A stretch of DNA of 64,000 nt, from NCBI GenBank assembly GCA_907165135.1, contig OU015567.1, positions 4,898,001 to 4,962,000 of the forward strand, read 5' to 3'. The position numbers and the translations under genes were made by a program. Every line of letters begins with the position of its first letter. Positions within the stretch are counted from its first letter, which is position 1. Origin of the DNA: Oikopleura dioica (Eukaryota; Animalia; Chordata). This document shows positions 49,243 through 62,529 of the stretch, piece by piece. The notes under the pieces were generated by a model, which did not search any database, was not told the DNA's origin, and was given only the letters and a program-made list of their open reading frames with translations.

Positions 49243-50070
49243 AAAAAATGTTATCCAGAGCCTTCGCCAGAGCTTTCGCCTGAACCTTCGCCGGAGCCGC
49301 CATTCGGAACGCAGAAGGTAAGGAACTCGTCTAGAGAATGATGCCTGTTCCAGAAGTTGCCAGTAGATTTGCTGCAGACGACTTTGCCTCTCATGTCAAA
49401 GTTGGTATTTGGGCAGTGGAGCTAGAGATAGAGATAGGAAGGGGTTTTTTAGAAGGTTTTCTCACCTCAAAAACTTTGTCTCCATTTTTTCGAATTTTGA
49501 TCGGAACCCAGTCTCCTTCAATGACTTCTGGAGGTTCGCAGTATGGTTGTTCGGGGACGCAGAAAGTGTCGAGATCTTCTTTTGATTTGAGCGTGCCCTG
49601 ATTGGACATGCAAGTGGCCTTGGCAAAGTCGTCAGAGTCCTGGCATCGGAGCTCGAATCGAGCGAGTTTGTGGCGTCCTCGTTTAGCGTGACCTTTCAGG
49701 ACGAAATTGCCCTAGAATTTTATGATCAAACCGAGTTTTTCGAATAGAAAAAGTACCATTGGGAAAAGAGCTTCGTTGTAGAAATCCTCGCATTCGTCTT
49801 CTGGAGCTACTGTGCATTCTTGGCTGCCTCGGAACTTTTTCTTGACAACTGGAGAGCTTCGGCATTGGACGAAAAATCTCGATGTTCGCCATTGTGCTTC
49901 GTAATTGCCGGCATCGCAGCTGGCGAAGCAGGAGATAGTGTGGTGCACGCCTGGAGACGAGAGGTGGTCGCAGTTGAAGCCACCGTTGGGGATGTCGTGG
50001 CTGGAGAGGACTTCGTGGACGGCTTCTTTGCAGGCTTCAAACTAAAGAAAATGGATGATTCTTAGTCTAG
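49243..50070 (-). CDS. Cys-spaced, probably secreted protein (multi-exon, 3' part)
   Basis: Minus-strand pieces with NCDHLSSPGVHHTISCFASCDAG..QC, FCVPEQPYCEPP and a terminal GSGEGSGESSGEGSG*. Confidence 0.4.
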
Positions 50071-51099
50071 ACAAGAAGATTGAAAATTTTTGACAAAAAT
50101 AAACGATTTTTTAATGAAATTTTTCTCAATAATTTCAAATTTCGCCCGATTTTGAGAGAATCAAAGGCTGAAAGCTTTTTTTGTGGAAAAAATAAGGGTA
50201 TCACTTTGAAATTCGACGAAAAACAAAGAATTTGTCATTTTTCTCACCTGTTGAAATTGAGTGGCTTCAGGAAGTCGATTAAAATTGTCGCTCCATCCGG
50301 CCATGGCCGAAGCCAAAAGACCCGCTGAAATCTTCATATCACGGTATCAAAAAAAACTCTGGCGAAAAGTCGAATTATCTTCGATTGCGCAAAATATCCG
50401 CTAGCGGACAACCTTTATGTTTGTCGAAATGCAAAAATTCATTTGGAACTGACAGGTACTTTGACGGTTACTCAGAAGGTGAGCGGAGTTCTACGCTTTT
50501 AGATGGGCTTTTGCCACTTATTCAGCAGGTTTTTATTTTCCAGGGATTTTGGATTGACAAGTTCAAAAACCATTTTCTTTCATCAAAAAAAAAATTTTTT
50601 TATTCTTTATTTTTTTTCACAGGTTATCAAGAGAGCACTGGCCCCATGGAAGTTTTTCCGTTTCCTTCTTTTTCTTTTCATTTTCGAGTTCTTCTTTTCG
50701 GTCTTCCAAGCACTTTTTGACCCTTTTCAGCTCATCCTTGAAAATCAGCAGCTCATTCAATTCTTCACTTTTGTCCATAAGACTGTCAAAAAGCTTATTG
50801 AACGCCATCAGCAAATTTTCCTTCGAAAGCTTTTCCAGTTCAGTCTTTGACGCTTTCTTTATCGAGCCTCTTTTTCGACGAGATTCGGCGATGATATTTT
50901 CTCTGTATTGCGAAAATTCGTCCATTTTTGGTGAAAAAATGATGAAATTTTTCTTTCGTGATGAAAAAAGACGCCAAATATTTGGCGTAAACAGCACGAG
51001 TTCCTGGTAAATAAAAGTTCTTTCAGAGAAAAATAGGGAAAGAAAGGATCAACCCTTTTATTCGCCTTCTTTTTATTTTTGAAAGATAAAGAGCTCAAT

Positions 51100-52558
51100 T
51101 TTGGCAGCAACAGAAGAAACAGCTTTTGCTACCATTCCGGTAGTCATGACTTATGATGGTTGCCTTTGTTTTCAAGGCAGTTTTCAATGTATTTTATTTG
51201 CGTACTATCGTCGAATTGAACGGCATCTGTTTCGTCGTTTTTTCTTGTGAAGAGTTTCTTGATCTTTTTCATGATTCCGAACATCTCTTTCTTTCGAAAA
51301 ATTATGAGTTACTTATTGACGCTAATCAAGACTTCCTGCTCTCAGAAAATGAAAATAAAACGATGCGGTACTTCATTTTTGCTGATTTGCAAATTTTATT
51401 AGCAAGCAAAATTGGAGATTTCTTTTTGCGCAGAATCATAAGTCGGTCGCCACCAAAAGACGTCCCCGTCCTTCCAGGTTGGAATTCCATCGCATGTTAC
51501 GAGCAAAGGGAGCCCGGCGTTGGGGTTTTTAGTTGTCTTGTTTTTATTTTTCTTCTTTTTCTTCTCCTTCTTGTCTTTCTTGTGGCGAGATTCTTCGGTC
51601 TTACAGATGACCAGGGCTCGGTCATTTTCGACTGTGATGTCATAATGCTAAGAAATACAATTTACGTCTGGGTTTATCATCAACACATACTATAACAATA
51701 ACAAGTAGTTCACTTTTTGATTATTGTTAGAAAATCAAACAGAAATTTTAAAAAACATTATTCTGGTTTCTAAATATTTTTCTAGAAAAAGTGACTTACA
51801 GAAGACTTGGCGCCAGTTATTTGCTTCTCAAGCTCCTTCTTCAAAACTTTACTGTTGCATCTTGACGCTCTCGCCCCTGTCCCCGCTTTTTAATTTCATA
51901 TTATTTAATATTTTTATTAAAGACCAGAGGGCCAGATGGCAGAGGCTCTTACCTGGAATGCAGGTGATAGGAAAGTCGATGACGTTTATTCGCTCTTTCA
52001 GAAGCTGACGCTTTTTTGGAATCCAAAGTTCTGCTGTGAGCTTTTTCAATCCTCTCATCCCTTTTCAATGTTTTTTTTTTTGTTGGTTAAAACGTCTATC
52101 ATTCTCGATTTGTACTACGTTCAGTTAGCAGGTTTTAAGGTACTTTTTCAAATATCTACTTTCGTGAAAATATTTAAAATTATAAATCTTAAAACAATTA
52201 TGGTTTTTCTGAACATTTCCTTCTCCAGTTAACTCATCTCCCGGCTTGTAGGGCGTGCATCTAAGCATATTATGCGTCGGCTCGAGCTCTTTGCCAAAAA
52301 AGTAATTATGAGCTAACCCTTCATTTGCCCCCTTAATTTACCTCTATCGTCGCATTTTAAATGAAAAATCTTCGCGTCCTTGTCATTCTCTGTCCTGACA
52401 ATTTGCACCTTCGGGCTCATCGCGGTCAGAAATTTCAAATGGTCTTCTTTGCAAGTGAGTCCTTCATCCAGCTCAAAATCGGTTGGTCTATCTTTGTTCT
52501 TTTTCTTTTTTCCGGCCTCGGCCGCGAGAAAAATGGAAAAAGCGCTCCAAATTTTCAT
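51100..52558 (-). CDS. Secreted Lys-rich, Cys-spaced protein
   Basis: Signal-like MKIWSAFSIFLAAEAG followed by KKKKNKD. Further minus-strand exon-like pieces with Cys and poly-Lys. Confidence 0.35.
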
Positions 52559-53204
52559 TAAAAAATTGTTTATGATCGCACTCAGAGGATAATTTGCTTG
52601 TAAAAATAAGGGACGACCATGCTTATCTCAAGTGGCATATTTTTCTCAGAAAAAGAAATCGCAAATTTCTGATTTCATTTTAGAGCTACTGGTAGTCTGA
52701 TTGTTTTAGAATTTTGGAATTTTAGAGGGTTCTTTCAATATATAAACTTGGATTACCGTCACTTATCGCTTAGTTTACGCGCTTCGTGGTAAGTTATTAT
52801 GGTTGAAAATGCGAGTTAAAAAAGGGTTGATTCAGGCGAAAGAAAATAACCCAGGATTTTTACAATTTGATTTTCTACGAGCTGTAACTTCGTCTTGAAT
52901 TACAGACTCGGAAATTTGATTAGGATTTCAATCTTTTAAGGCGATCAGCATCAGATTTTCTCTGAAAAAAAACCTTCAGAAACGTATTCTTTGCTAGAGA
53001 AAATCCCGTTCCGATCAAACCTTTTATCGCGTCATTATTTTTCAAACCCGCATCTCGGTTTTTCTGAGCATAAGATAGCGTATTAGCCGAGAAAATACTC
53101 CACGCAAATGATACGCGAAGATAATTTTCAGACTGCACCAGGGGCGCCACAGGACATAAGCGCCCAGGAAAGCTCTAGAATTTCTTGACGCTTCAGTCTT
53201 CGAA

Positions 53205-56200
53205 ATGAAGTTCTCGGCGGCATTCCTTGGAATTGTAAGAGAAAAATATATTTTATAGAGATATCAAATCGGGTATTATTTATTTCTTTATCTGCAAACA
53301 TATCAATTATAAATCATCTTTTATTAATCATGATAACTCATGATTCATGTATCAGGCCGCGTCCAAGCTAACCAAATGGCAGAGTACCCACCCGGATCAA
53401 GTTTTTCTCGCCGAAGATGATGGCGAAGAGCGAAAGAGAATCGCCGACGCTCGTGGGAATCAAAACCCCTATGAAGATCTCATCTTCGCTCCATGGCAAG
53501 TTCCCGCTCTCGTCGAAAATTTCGGCATGAAAGAGGAATACATGCGAATCGACCACGATGCGCCGAAAAAAGCGCCTGGTTTCGAAGGAAGAGCGATTCC
53601 AAGCTACATGTATTCGAAAAAATGGGACCAAATCGGTGAAGACGGGCAAATTCTCATTCCATACGCGATCGATCATACAGTTCCGGAAATTTACCACGCT
53701 GGGATTCATAAATCTCTAGAAGAGTTCACCTACGCTATTGGCTGCATGGAGTTTCGTCACGATCCAGATTTTCACTGGTTTCACGGTATCCATATTTTCG
53801 GATCAGATGATGAAGGAACTCATGAGGGATGCTGGTCGTACGTCGGACAATGCCCGAACTGTGGGTGGACGAAATACCACCAGCAAGGGTTGAAAGACGG
53901 TTGGCAACCGATGCGTCTTCCGAATTGGTGCACCGGTCTTGGCGGAGTCCACCACGAAACCCTCCACGCTCTTGGTTTCCTCCATGAACAAGAGCGACCA
54001 GATGTATGGAAGTACGTCGTGAACAATACCGACTGGTACTATCCAATGACGAAAGACAAGTGGATCGACGTCGGTTTTCCATTTGAGCCATATTCTGGAG
54101 TCATGCCGACCGGCTACGATCTGAGAAACGGCAATAAATACAAATCATCTGTCATGCTCAGTACTACCGATGCTTTGCAGCTGAACGAGCACTACTGCAA
54201 AGACCCACATGTGGCTCATTTCCCAATGCCGCCTACGAGCCAATGTCTTTCTCCCGATGAAATTGGCTTCATCCGTCCGATTTTCCACCATCGTCTTTGC
54301 AACAACGTCGTCGATTGCTACGACGGGTCCGATGAAGATGGAAGTTTAGCCGTCTGTGATTACCCAGAAGGAAGAACCGAGCTTGGCTGTTGCAAACAAC
54401 TTAGGATGGGCTGGGGCGACGGAATCTGCACTTCCAATGGAACGATTGCGAATGGACGGGATGTGTACTGGTGCGAAGATACAGATGCAAAGCGACTTGA
54501 GTTCACTTCTCGCGGATGGACGGCATTTTCGAGCGAAACAGGGGACGGAAAATACTCTTGGAGTAATACAGGCACAAGTGAACATCCATGCGTCGGAGAC
54601 AATGGGGAACTGGACGAAGATTTCATCTGGGGAGGATATCAGTTGGACCTAACTTGTCCACACAGCGGCACGATTCAGCGGCTCCAGCCTTGCATCTCTC
54701 ATAACTGCTCTGACGAAGAGCTTTGCATCAACGACGACGAAACGACTTTCTCTTGCATTCCTCGCCCAACAGTATCAGTGACAACAACAACTACAGTAAG
54801 CTCAGAAGGGACTGTTTGGTTCGTCCCATACGACGGTCCATTCGACGACCAAATCACCTACGCTCAGGCGAAAGAAAATTGCTCCAGACTCGCTCTTGAT
54901 TATCAAGATACCGTTGGCTTCCCCGCTTTCTTCAGAAATGAAAAAGAATGGAAAGTTTACCGCCACAGCACGAATTTCCGCCAAAACGAGTATCGAGAAT
55001 GGCTCGGTTATGAGCAGCAAAATGGGGACACTACTCAATGGCTAGCTGCTGATGGTTCAGAAGTAACATTTGAGCTTTGGGACCTTTGGCACTCGACGGC
55101 ACAGCCAAATAATGATGATCAACCATGTGTTATTTCTGGCTACGGTGGAGATCATAAATGGCATGATGTTCCATGCTCCTGGACAGAGGGCTTCTCATGC
55201 AGATTCGAATCAACATCACTGACAACGACTCCGTTTACATTTACCAGCACCACATCAACAACAACGACCACAACAACCACAACAACAACAACGACCACAA
55301 CTACCACTGATCCAACTTCCGAGGGCACTGTTTGGTTCGAGGATCAAGGAGACGGTTCTGTCACCTACGAGCAGGCAAAGATAAATTGCGCTGAAAAAGC
55401 TCTTGACTACGAAAATACTGTTGGATATCCATCCTTTTTCAGAAATCAAAAAGAATGGGACTTGTACAACCGTCAGATTCCTGCTCAAAAAGACTGGCTC
55501 GGATACGAACAACAAGAAAACTATACAATGTGGCTTAATGCAGACGGATCAGAAGTCACCTTTACCATTTGGCTATCCGGGCAGCCAAATGCCAATGATC
55601 AACCGTGTGTCATGGTGGGTTACGCGGGATATCGAACTTGGGTGGATATTGCTTGCAATTACGGCGGAACTCGCCATTCTTGCCGCTTCGAATCATCAAC
55701 ACTGACCACGACAACATCTACAACAACCACAACGACGACAACGACGACAACGATCACCTCCACTGGAACAGTCTGGTTCGAAGAAATGAACGAGCCACAT
55801 CTCAACTACACGACAGCAAAAGAAAGATGCGCTGATCTCGCCAAGAACTACCCAGGAACAGTCGGCTATCCTTCATTCTTCCGAAACGAGGCCGAATGGG
55901 ATCTTTACGATAAAACCATTCCGCATCGACGAGAATGGCTCGGCTATGAGCAGCGAGATGATGACAGCAATGAATTCTGGTTGAATGCTGATGGCACCGA
56001 TGCAACATTTCTGAATTGGTGGGCACCAGAACAGCCAAATGACGTTAATCAAAAATGTGTGCTTACTGGTTGGTCCTACCGTCGAGAGTTTTATGATATC
56101 GAATGTGATCGTGTTCTCGAAACACCCGCAGCAATGGACTTTTCTTGTAGATTAGAGACTGTTGGAACAACTACAACATCTACTACAACAACTTCAACCA

Positions 56201-57255
56201 CAACAGCCACAACAACAACAACTACAACAACAACCACAACGACAACCACGACAACAAGCACAACAACGACTACTACCACGACTACTTCCACGACAACCAC
56301 AACATCAACTACAACAATAACAACCGAACCATGCCCAACAGTCTGCGAGCCTGAATGCGGACCAGGTAGACCCTTTTGAAAACAGGCTGATTCTGCCAAT
56401 TTCTTAGCAAAGGGAAATGTGCAAACGATCTGATGAAAACAGTCAGGATTGAAAATCGCGTTCTTTAGGTTTCATATGCGAGGATGGTGTTTGCGTTGAC
56501 AAGGATGAATGTGCATCTGGCGAGCACAACTGCCATTCCTATGAAGGCTGCACGAATCTGAAAAATGAAAATGGCTGGAAATGCTTTCCGTTGGATGTTG
56601 AATGCCCTGATAACCTGAAAAGAGCCGAGTGGAAAGGAGTAAGTCAGGTTTAAATCCTCATATGATCATCTTTCAAGCGCTCGAATACAAAATACCTGTT
56701 CAAATCTGAAAACTCCGTCACTCTCGTCGTCAAGTTCCGAGCTAAGAACCAGTTCGTCAATCCTCGAACTGAGCTTTACAAGGGCTTCGCTTTCTGGACA
56801 AAAGATGTCTGCGGAATAGACTTCATCCGGAAGCTCAGAAACGGCCAAATTGGAGTTCACTTGTCTGATACAACAGATGTCTACCGAATGGGCGACGTCT
56901 ACATTCGCGATTCAGGAAAATACACCAGCGTCGGGTTCGAATTCGAAACGACGCAGCTGGTGGATAAGGACACGCCCTGGAAGTTCAAAAATGGAGTGGC
57001 GACGAAAAATATGGGATCTGATGATGTCCAGATCACTTTGACCGGTAAAGGCATTCATTTTTGTCAGGATAAATGACTCGTTCTTTAGGCATTCAGGATG
57101 TGCAGTGGATCGACGCAAAGGGCCGGGACTGGTGTCTTCTTACAGCCGCGAATGCTCTCCTGCCCCTGGAAAATGCGAATTACCCAGATCACCACATTCT
57201 CTGCCTCGCCGAGGCGAAGACTTTTTGGAAGACTCCTAATGATCCAAATGCATAA
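53205..57255 (+). CDS. Secreted astacin metalloprotease with LDLa, three C-type lectin-like domains, Thr-rich linkers, an EGF-like domain and a C-terminal domain
   Basis: HETLHALGFLHEQERPD zinc motif (53953-54003), SVML Met-turn-like motif, CNNVVDCYDGSDE (LDLa), three WLGYEQ...W...QPN...C...W..C units, poly-Thr tracts, CVDKDECASGEHNCH in a later exon. Confidence 0.9.
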
Positions 57256-57363
57256 ATGATTTTCTGCAATACAAAAATATCCGTACATGCAAAATTGAAT
57301 GTTGTTTTGTTAAATTTATTTGAAGATAAATGGGTGCAAAATCGTTTTTTACATCAGGAGCTA

Positions 57364-59797
57364 CTATTTGAGAGGTACTTCTACAAGATTGTGTTCTATG
57401 TTTTGAATTCTTCGAGGAAAAGATGCGCGGACTTTGCATTGATCGTGAACATCGTATCGCCAAAATTTCATCACGCTTCGATACCAACGGGCGACTTTTT
57501 GAGAGCGCTTCTCGCGGACCAGTCGGCAGATTCGGCAAAAATCGTACATATCTCGGCCTAAAAATTGGAAAAACCATAAGTCGTTTTTTCAACTGAAGAA
57601 TATGGTCCTTTTTTAAATTGATATGATTTCGATTGAAAAAAAATAATTGAAAAAATACGGCTTTCATTTGAATCCTGAGGCATCATTAACTGCAAATAAG
57701 AATTCTTAACAATTGTGTAGGTATTTACCTATTGACCGATACGAGTCTCCTCTTGGAGTAGTGTTCTCCGGCTTGAGAAGTCTCCATCTATGATAATCGA
57801 GATACGCGGTATCATTCTTCCAAAGATAGTCCATGTAGTAAACCAAATCTTCTGCCGACGCGAATTGCTCCGCATGAATAAAAGAATTCGGCGGAGCGAC
57901 TTTTGCGACATCAAGATAATGTGGCCCGTAAACGACTCAATCGAGCTTTTCAAATGAAATGGAGTGTTGTTCTATTCTTTTGAAAGCCTCGTTCCTGGTA
58001 CAAGAGTTGCTCTGAGAGCATTTCGCCAAAATTTTTCAGAAATGTAGTCGGTGCAATGAAACGCGTTTTCGAATGCCAAGTAGAATCGCATCTTTGTCAT
58101 CATATTCGCTTCATGAGCAACATCATGAAAGCTTCTCAAATCTCGAAACTCCCTTTCAGTTATCTATTTCATGGATTTCTAGAGACCATCAAAGATCCAC
58201 AGCTCGCTCAAATGAAACCCTTCCTTGTCAAAACAGGCCCCTTCTCCACGAATATGCTCCTTCAATCCGGCCGCCATCATCTTTTCCCCGTATCGCCATC
58301 TTCTTATGGCGCCAAGAGTGTTATTGCAATTCGAAACCATCCAGGCAGTATGAAGTTTGGAAGTGTCTTGCTTCTTTTTCAGCTCGCTCTTGTTCAGGAG
58401 TAATTTTGAAAGGAGCTCGATATCGGAAATATTCATTGATTCTCCGGTATTCCAATCAAAGTAAAAATCTCGGAGGATATTTTGCGCTGAATTATAGCCT
58501 CTTTTGACGGTTTTATTGATAAAATTCGAAAATCATGAGTTTTCATGAAAATTCGAAAATCATGAGTTTTCATGAAAATCCAAAAATCATGAGTTTTCAT
58601 GAAAATCCAAAAATCATGAGTTTTCATGAAAATCCAAAAATCTTCCTCATTTGAAAAACCGTTCCTTACAATATCACTGTCTCTTCTATAAGAATAAGTG
58701 ATATTAAACGCTGAATCCAACTCTTTCGGCATCAACCAAGATTGAGTCTCGACATTTTTCGCTCCACTCTCATAATTGACAAAAATCCAGTACTGTGACA
58801 AATTTCGGTTTTCCAAGCTTGGCGGCTCATATGTTCGATCCAAGTGTTTAAATTCTGTATCTCCGTCTTCCAATGACTCATTGACTTTTCTCTGGTACTG
58901 GAGCAAAGGTCCGTTGTCGATGATAAGAGCATCAGCTTCGTCATCGTTCGTCGTGAATTTGCAGTTGCCGCACATTTTGTACCCAAAACCCGTCACGCCA
59001 TTTCTGTGAAAATCCGGCTCAAATGTCGGGTCTTCCAAATATTTATCAAAATACCGCCCCTTGTAATAAAACGAAATCTTCACTTCCTCTTCCTTGTTTT
59101 CCTGTTCTTCCAGGCGAGTCCCGAAGATTTTGCAGATCCAGTCTTCTTTTTCTTCATCAGTTAGTCTGTGAATCAAAAGTTCATGCATCTCCCTGGCTGT
59201 GTATTTGTCACGTGAGAGGTTGAGCATCCAGTGTTTGTTAATAAAGGGTTCGATGTCTGAGTATTTTTGGCCAGGTTTGCAGTGAGTGAAAGGATCTCTC
59301 TTTTCTTCGACCTTTTCTTTTTTATCTTCATCGTTCTCCTCATCTTCTACCTCAATAAGATCCTCCTCTTCCTCCTCATATGCTTCTGACTTCGTTTTCT
59401 CCTCCTTTTTAACATTTATTGGAGCCGCTTGAATCTTTGCATTTGAAATCGGGGCACCAATAGGCGCAAGTTTCAGGGGAGCAAAAACAATCGGAATGTG
59501 GGGTGGTGGAGGAGGCGGAGGAATGAGATAATCAGGAATTTCATTTTCCCGCTCGCGTATTCGGCCGTTATGGTGTCTTTTCTGAGCGGAATGCATTAAC
59601 CCTACGTCAACGTCATATTCTGGAGGGTCTTCTTCTACGAATTCGGGAGAAGCAGGGCGCTTTTCTGACATTTTCTCTTTTTGCTTTTCATTTTCTTCGA
59701 TAAGAAAGCCGCCGTTTCTAACATTGACGAAAAACCAGAAAAAAATAATCGCAAAAGCTGCCTTTCCCAAATTTTTCTTAAGAAATTCAGGCGACAT
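57364..59797 (-). CDS. Alpha-1,3-fucosyltransferase (GT10) with a long acidic/Pro-rich stem
   Basis: Type II anchor, [44 protein letters not shown] motif (minus strand, about 58020-58095), terminal DFCRICRL...FW...C. Confidence 0.9.
58521..58641. repeat. 27-bp tandem repeat, about 4.5 copies, containing the palindrome TTTTCATGAAAA
   Basis: Unit AAAATCATGAGTTTTCATGAAAAT(TCG/CCA). Confidence 0.9.
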
Positions 59798-61077
59798 TTT
59801 TCTTTTCTTTTTACGAAAATTTTCTCATGAAAAAAAATTGTTCAACGGAAATTATTGAAAAACTATTTTTTGGAACGGGGGCAAGCAATGCACCGGTCAG
59901 AATATTTCCAACTACAATAAAATTACTCAGCGACGATGTTAGGAACATAAACATTACATCCAAAACATTCAAAATTCAAATTCTGCCTAAAGCGTTTTTT
60001 GTATAAAAGAGACATTTATGCGGCGATCGTTTATTTTTTCAGTTACTGATTGAAAATATAAGAATCGTACAATGCATCTTCATTTTGCGCAAAACCAGCA
60101 ATCAGTGCACTAGAAAAATATAATTTTAAAAAATATTCCAAACAACTTTTTTTCCTACCAATCACAGTTTTCCGCTAGAACTTCAGCCGACAAGGTATCG
60201 CAGAAAATTCTTTCTTCTTTGGAAATCGAACAAATTTTCCTCGAAAAAGCTGAAGCAAAAAGAAAAACAAGCATTGCTACATTCATTTTGGGTCTCTTTG
60301 CCTTTTTCAAGATGTTTCCTTTTTGAACGCTACCTGTCGTCTATCGTGGTTTTCGTTAATTTTTGATCTGATGGTGCATTAGAGTTTCTGATCAAAACTA
60401 CGGTTATGATTCTCTTTCTCGATTCTCAATAATTTAATTTCAGATTATTGCTGATTGATCGAGCTCTTCGGAATTCAATTAAAAAATCTATTAAAATTAA
60501 TTAATTAATAAATAAATTATCAAATAATCTTATTCTTAAAAAGATACTTGTCAAAACAGTCTTATAAAAATCTTCTTAAAAATTGTCGTACATTACTAAT
60601 GAGGTAATTAAAAAGCAAAATTTGCTTATTTCCATATTGATTTGTACAGTTTAGGCCACCTGTAAGTTCATTTTGATAGACAGTCAAGTTTAGAGAAGAT
60701 CTAATTTTTAATGCTTTTTGAATTTGTGAAAGACAAATTTCAGCGGAAAAATAAGAAAGTTTTCGCTGAAGAGTTTTACTTGTTATTATACAGGTAGAGA
60801 AAGATTTTAATCAGAAAAACTACGGGAAGAATTATTTGAAGAGGGATTAGCCCGCTTTACATCCCAAATCTTGTTCGATTTAAATTGCTCTACTTTTGTA
60901 TATTTTTGTTTATTCTGACATATTTCAATGCCGAATTCAAGTTTATCGGAGCAAATTGTAAGAGAAGAATTTTCAAGAAAGGTAAGTTCTTGGTGTAAAA
61001 TATCTAGAATCTACGTCATGTACTTTTAATTGACCTTTTCTAGTGGCATCTTCCAACAAAACCTGACTTTTTCTACA

Positions 61078-61180
61078 GCTCGGCTTGGAAACCTGTGAAA
61101 AAAACTGAGTCAGGATTTGAAAGATGCCCTTTTGAGCCCTGACACAGGTTTTTTACTCAGGTTTTCGAGCCCAGTTCTGC
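61078..61180. mobile_element. Short copy of the outer MITE seen at 13496-13862
   Basis: AACCTGTGAAAAAAACTGAG ... CACAGGTTTTTTACTCAGGTTTTCGAGCCCAG. Confidence 0.5.
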
Positions 61181-61699
61181 AGAAAACCCTTCGTTCAAGA
61201 CTATGAGAAGAAAAAATCATTGAAAAAGAAACTCTACGGCTCGAAAATCTGCACTGTTTGGTGGTGTTGTTTTCCCGCTGCGAGGCCGAAAAAGTACCAT
61301 AAAAACTTCTTTGGCGTTGCTATGTCTACACTGATTCTCGGGCCGGCCTGCCAGGTGGCTAACTTAGGACGGGGTGAGCCAAGAGATAGGTAGGTCAAAG
61401 CAAAAAGGCGAGAATCATGTCAGGAATAAGCGGGATAAAACGATTTCGCTAAGTAATGAATCATTACTAATGATGTAATACTGTATTAACCGCCTCGATG
61501 TGTTTAATGTTCATTTTCCGACTCGAACAGATGGAATGCCTGTTTTTCAGTTATTCCAATTACTGAGCGTCAAAATCACTTTTTAAAAGACACCGCTTAG
61601 AGAAAAAAAGAGACGATGGGGCGAAAACTGTCACTGAAAAACTCAGTGAGAATTGTGAAATTAGGATTGACAACCCTTTGCACAGGGAATCTCCATTTG

Positions 61700-62420
61700 C
61701 TCAGGAGGGGAGTCGAGGATGAATTGGATGATGATGGGTCGTCTTCGGAAGAAGAGGATGATGGAGGGTCGATTGAGGAAGAAGAAGACTGTAAGTTTCA
61801 GAAGAGATTTATCGAAATCATCGAACCTTTGACAGTGTAATTTATTTTTCTTTTAAATAACAAGGTCATTCATCTGACTTCATAAAAATATAAGTGTCTC
61901 TCCCGAATAAAAAGACTTATGGTTTCCCTAATTAATTTTTTGTAAAAAAATCTTTCTAGTTCTTCAGTACAGGGATCAGCTCGATGACGCCGAAGAAGGC
62001 GATGATGGAGCTGGAACCGACGACGATGATCAAGTCGAAGCAGAGGAGATGATGGCCATGGGTAGAGTCTGAATAATGAGGCGGGTTAATTTCGCGTTTT
62101 CAGCTCTTATCGACGGCATCTCCATCAACGGCTCCATCTATGCCGACGAACTGTATGACAAGGCTGAAGAGCGAAAAGAAGACGACGCGGCAAACCTTGG
62201 AGTCAATTTTATTGGCCAAAATGATCTCGACGATGATGCAAGTCTTGAATTCGACTTTGGTAAAAGCATATGATGACTTACAACCAATTATTTTTAAGAT
62301 CTTGACCTCTTGGCGTTTCAAGACTCGTCATCTTCCTCTTCAGAAGACGATCGATCTCAAAAAGATGACGACGATGAAGACGATCATCTCTTTTATGATT
62401 CTCATTGATCTTTCTCAAAT
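61700..62420 (+). CDS. Highly acidic multi-exon protein
   Basis: Exon-like pieces EDELDDDGSSSEEEDDGG, DDDDQVEAEEMMAMG and NLGVNFIGQNDLDDDASLEFDF. Confidence 0.35.
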
Positions 62421-62458
62421 AAAAACTTTGATAGCTGATATGAGCGATGGGAAAAACT

Positions 62459-62529
62459 TGCAACGTCCGGGAATCGAACCCGGGCCTCCCGCGTGGCAGG
62501 CGAGAATTCTACCACTGAACCAACGTTGC
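62459..62529 (-). tRNA. trnG-GCC: tRNA-Gly (anticodon GCC)
   Basis: 71-nt cloverleaf GCAACGT-TG-GTTC-AGTGGTA-GAAT-T-CTCGC-CTGCCAC-GCGGG-AGGC-CCGGG-TTCGATT-CCCGG-ACGTTGC-A, followed by a T5 terminator. Confidence 0.97.

Noticed and set aside
56091-56399. Poly-Val hydrophobic antisense ORF
   Set aside because: Reverse complement of the ACN poly-Thr tract of the astacin gene.
58433-58660. DFWIFMKTH peptide repeat as part of the fucosyltransferase protein
   Set aside because: The frame stops before the catalytic motifs, and splice sites flank the repeat, so it is probably intronic.
61240-61400. GC-richer stretch with ACCTGGCAGG on the minus strand resembling the U1 snRNA 5' end
   Set aside because: It lacks the ACTTACCTG splice-site-pairing sequence and recognisable U1 stem-loops or an Sm site.
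61450-61470. AGTAATGA-A-TCATTACT inverted repeat
   Set aside because: An 8-bp AT-rich palindrome is expected by chance in 64 kb.
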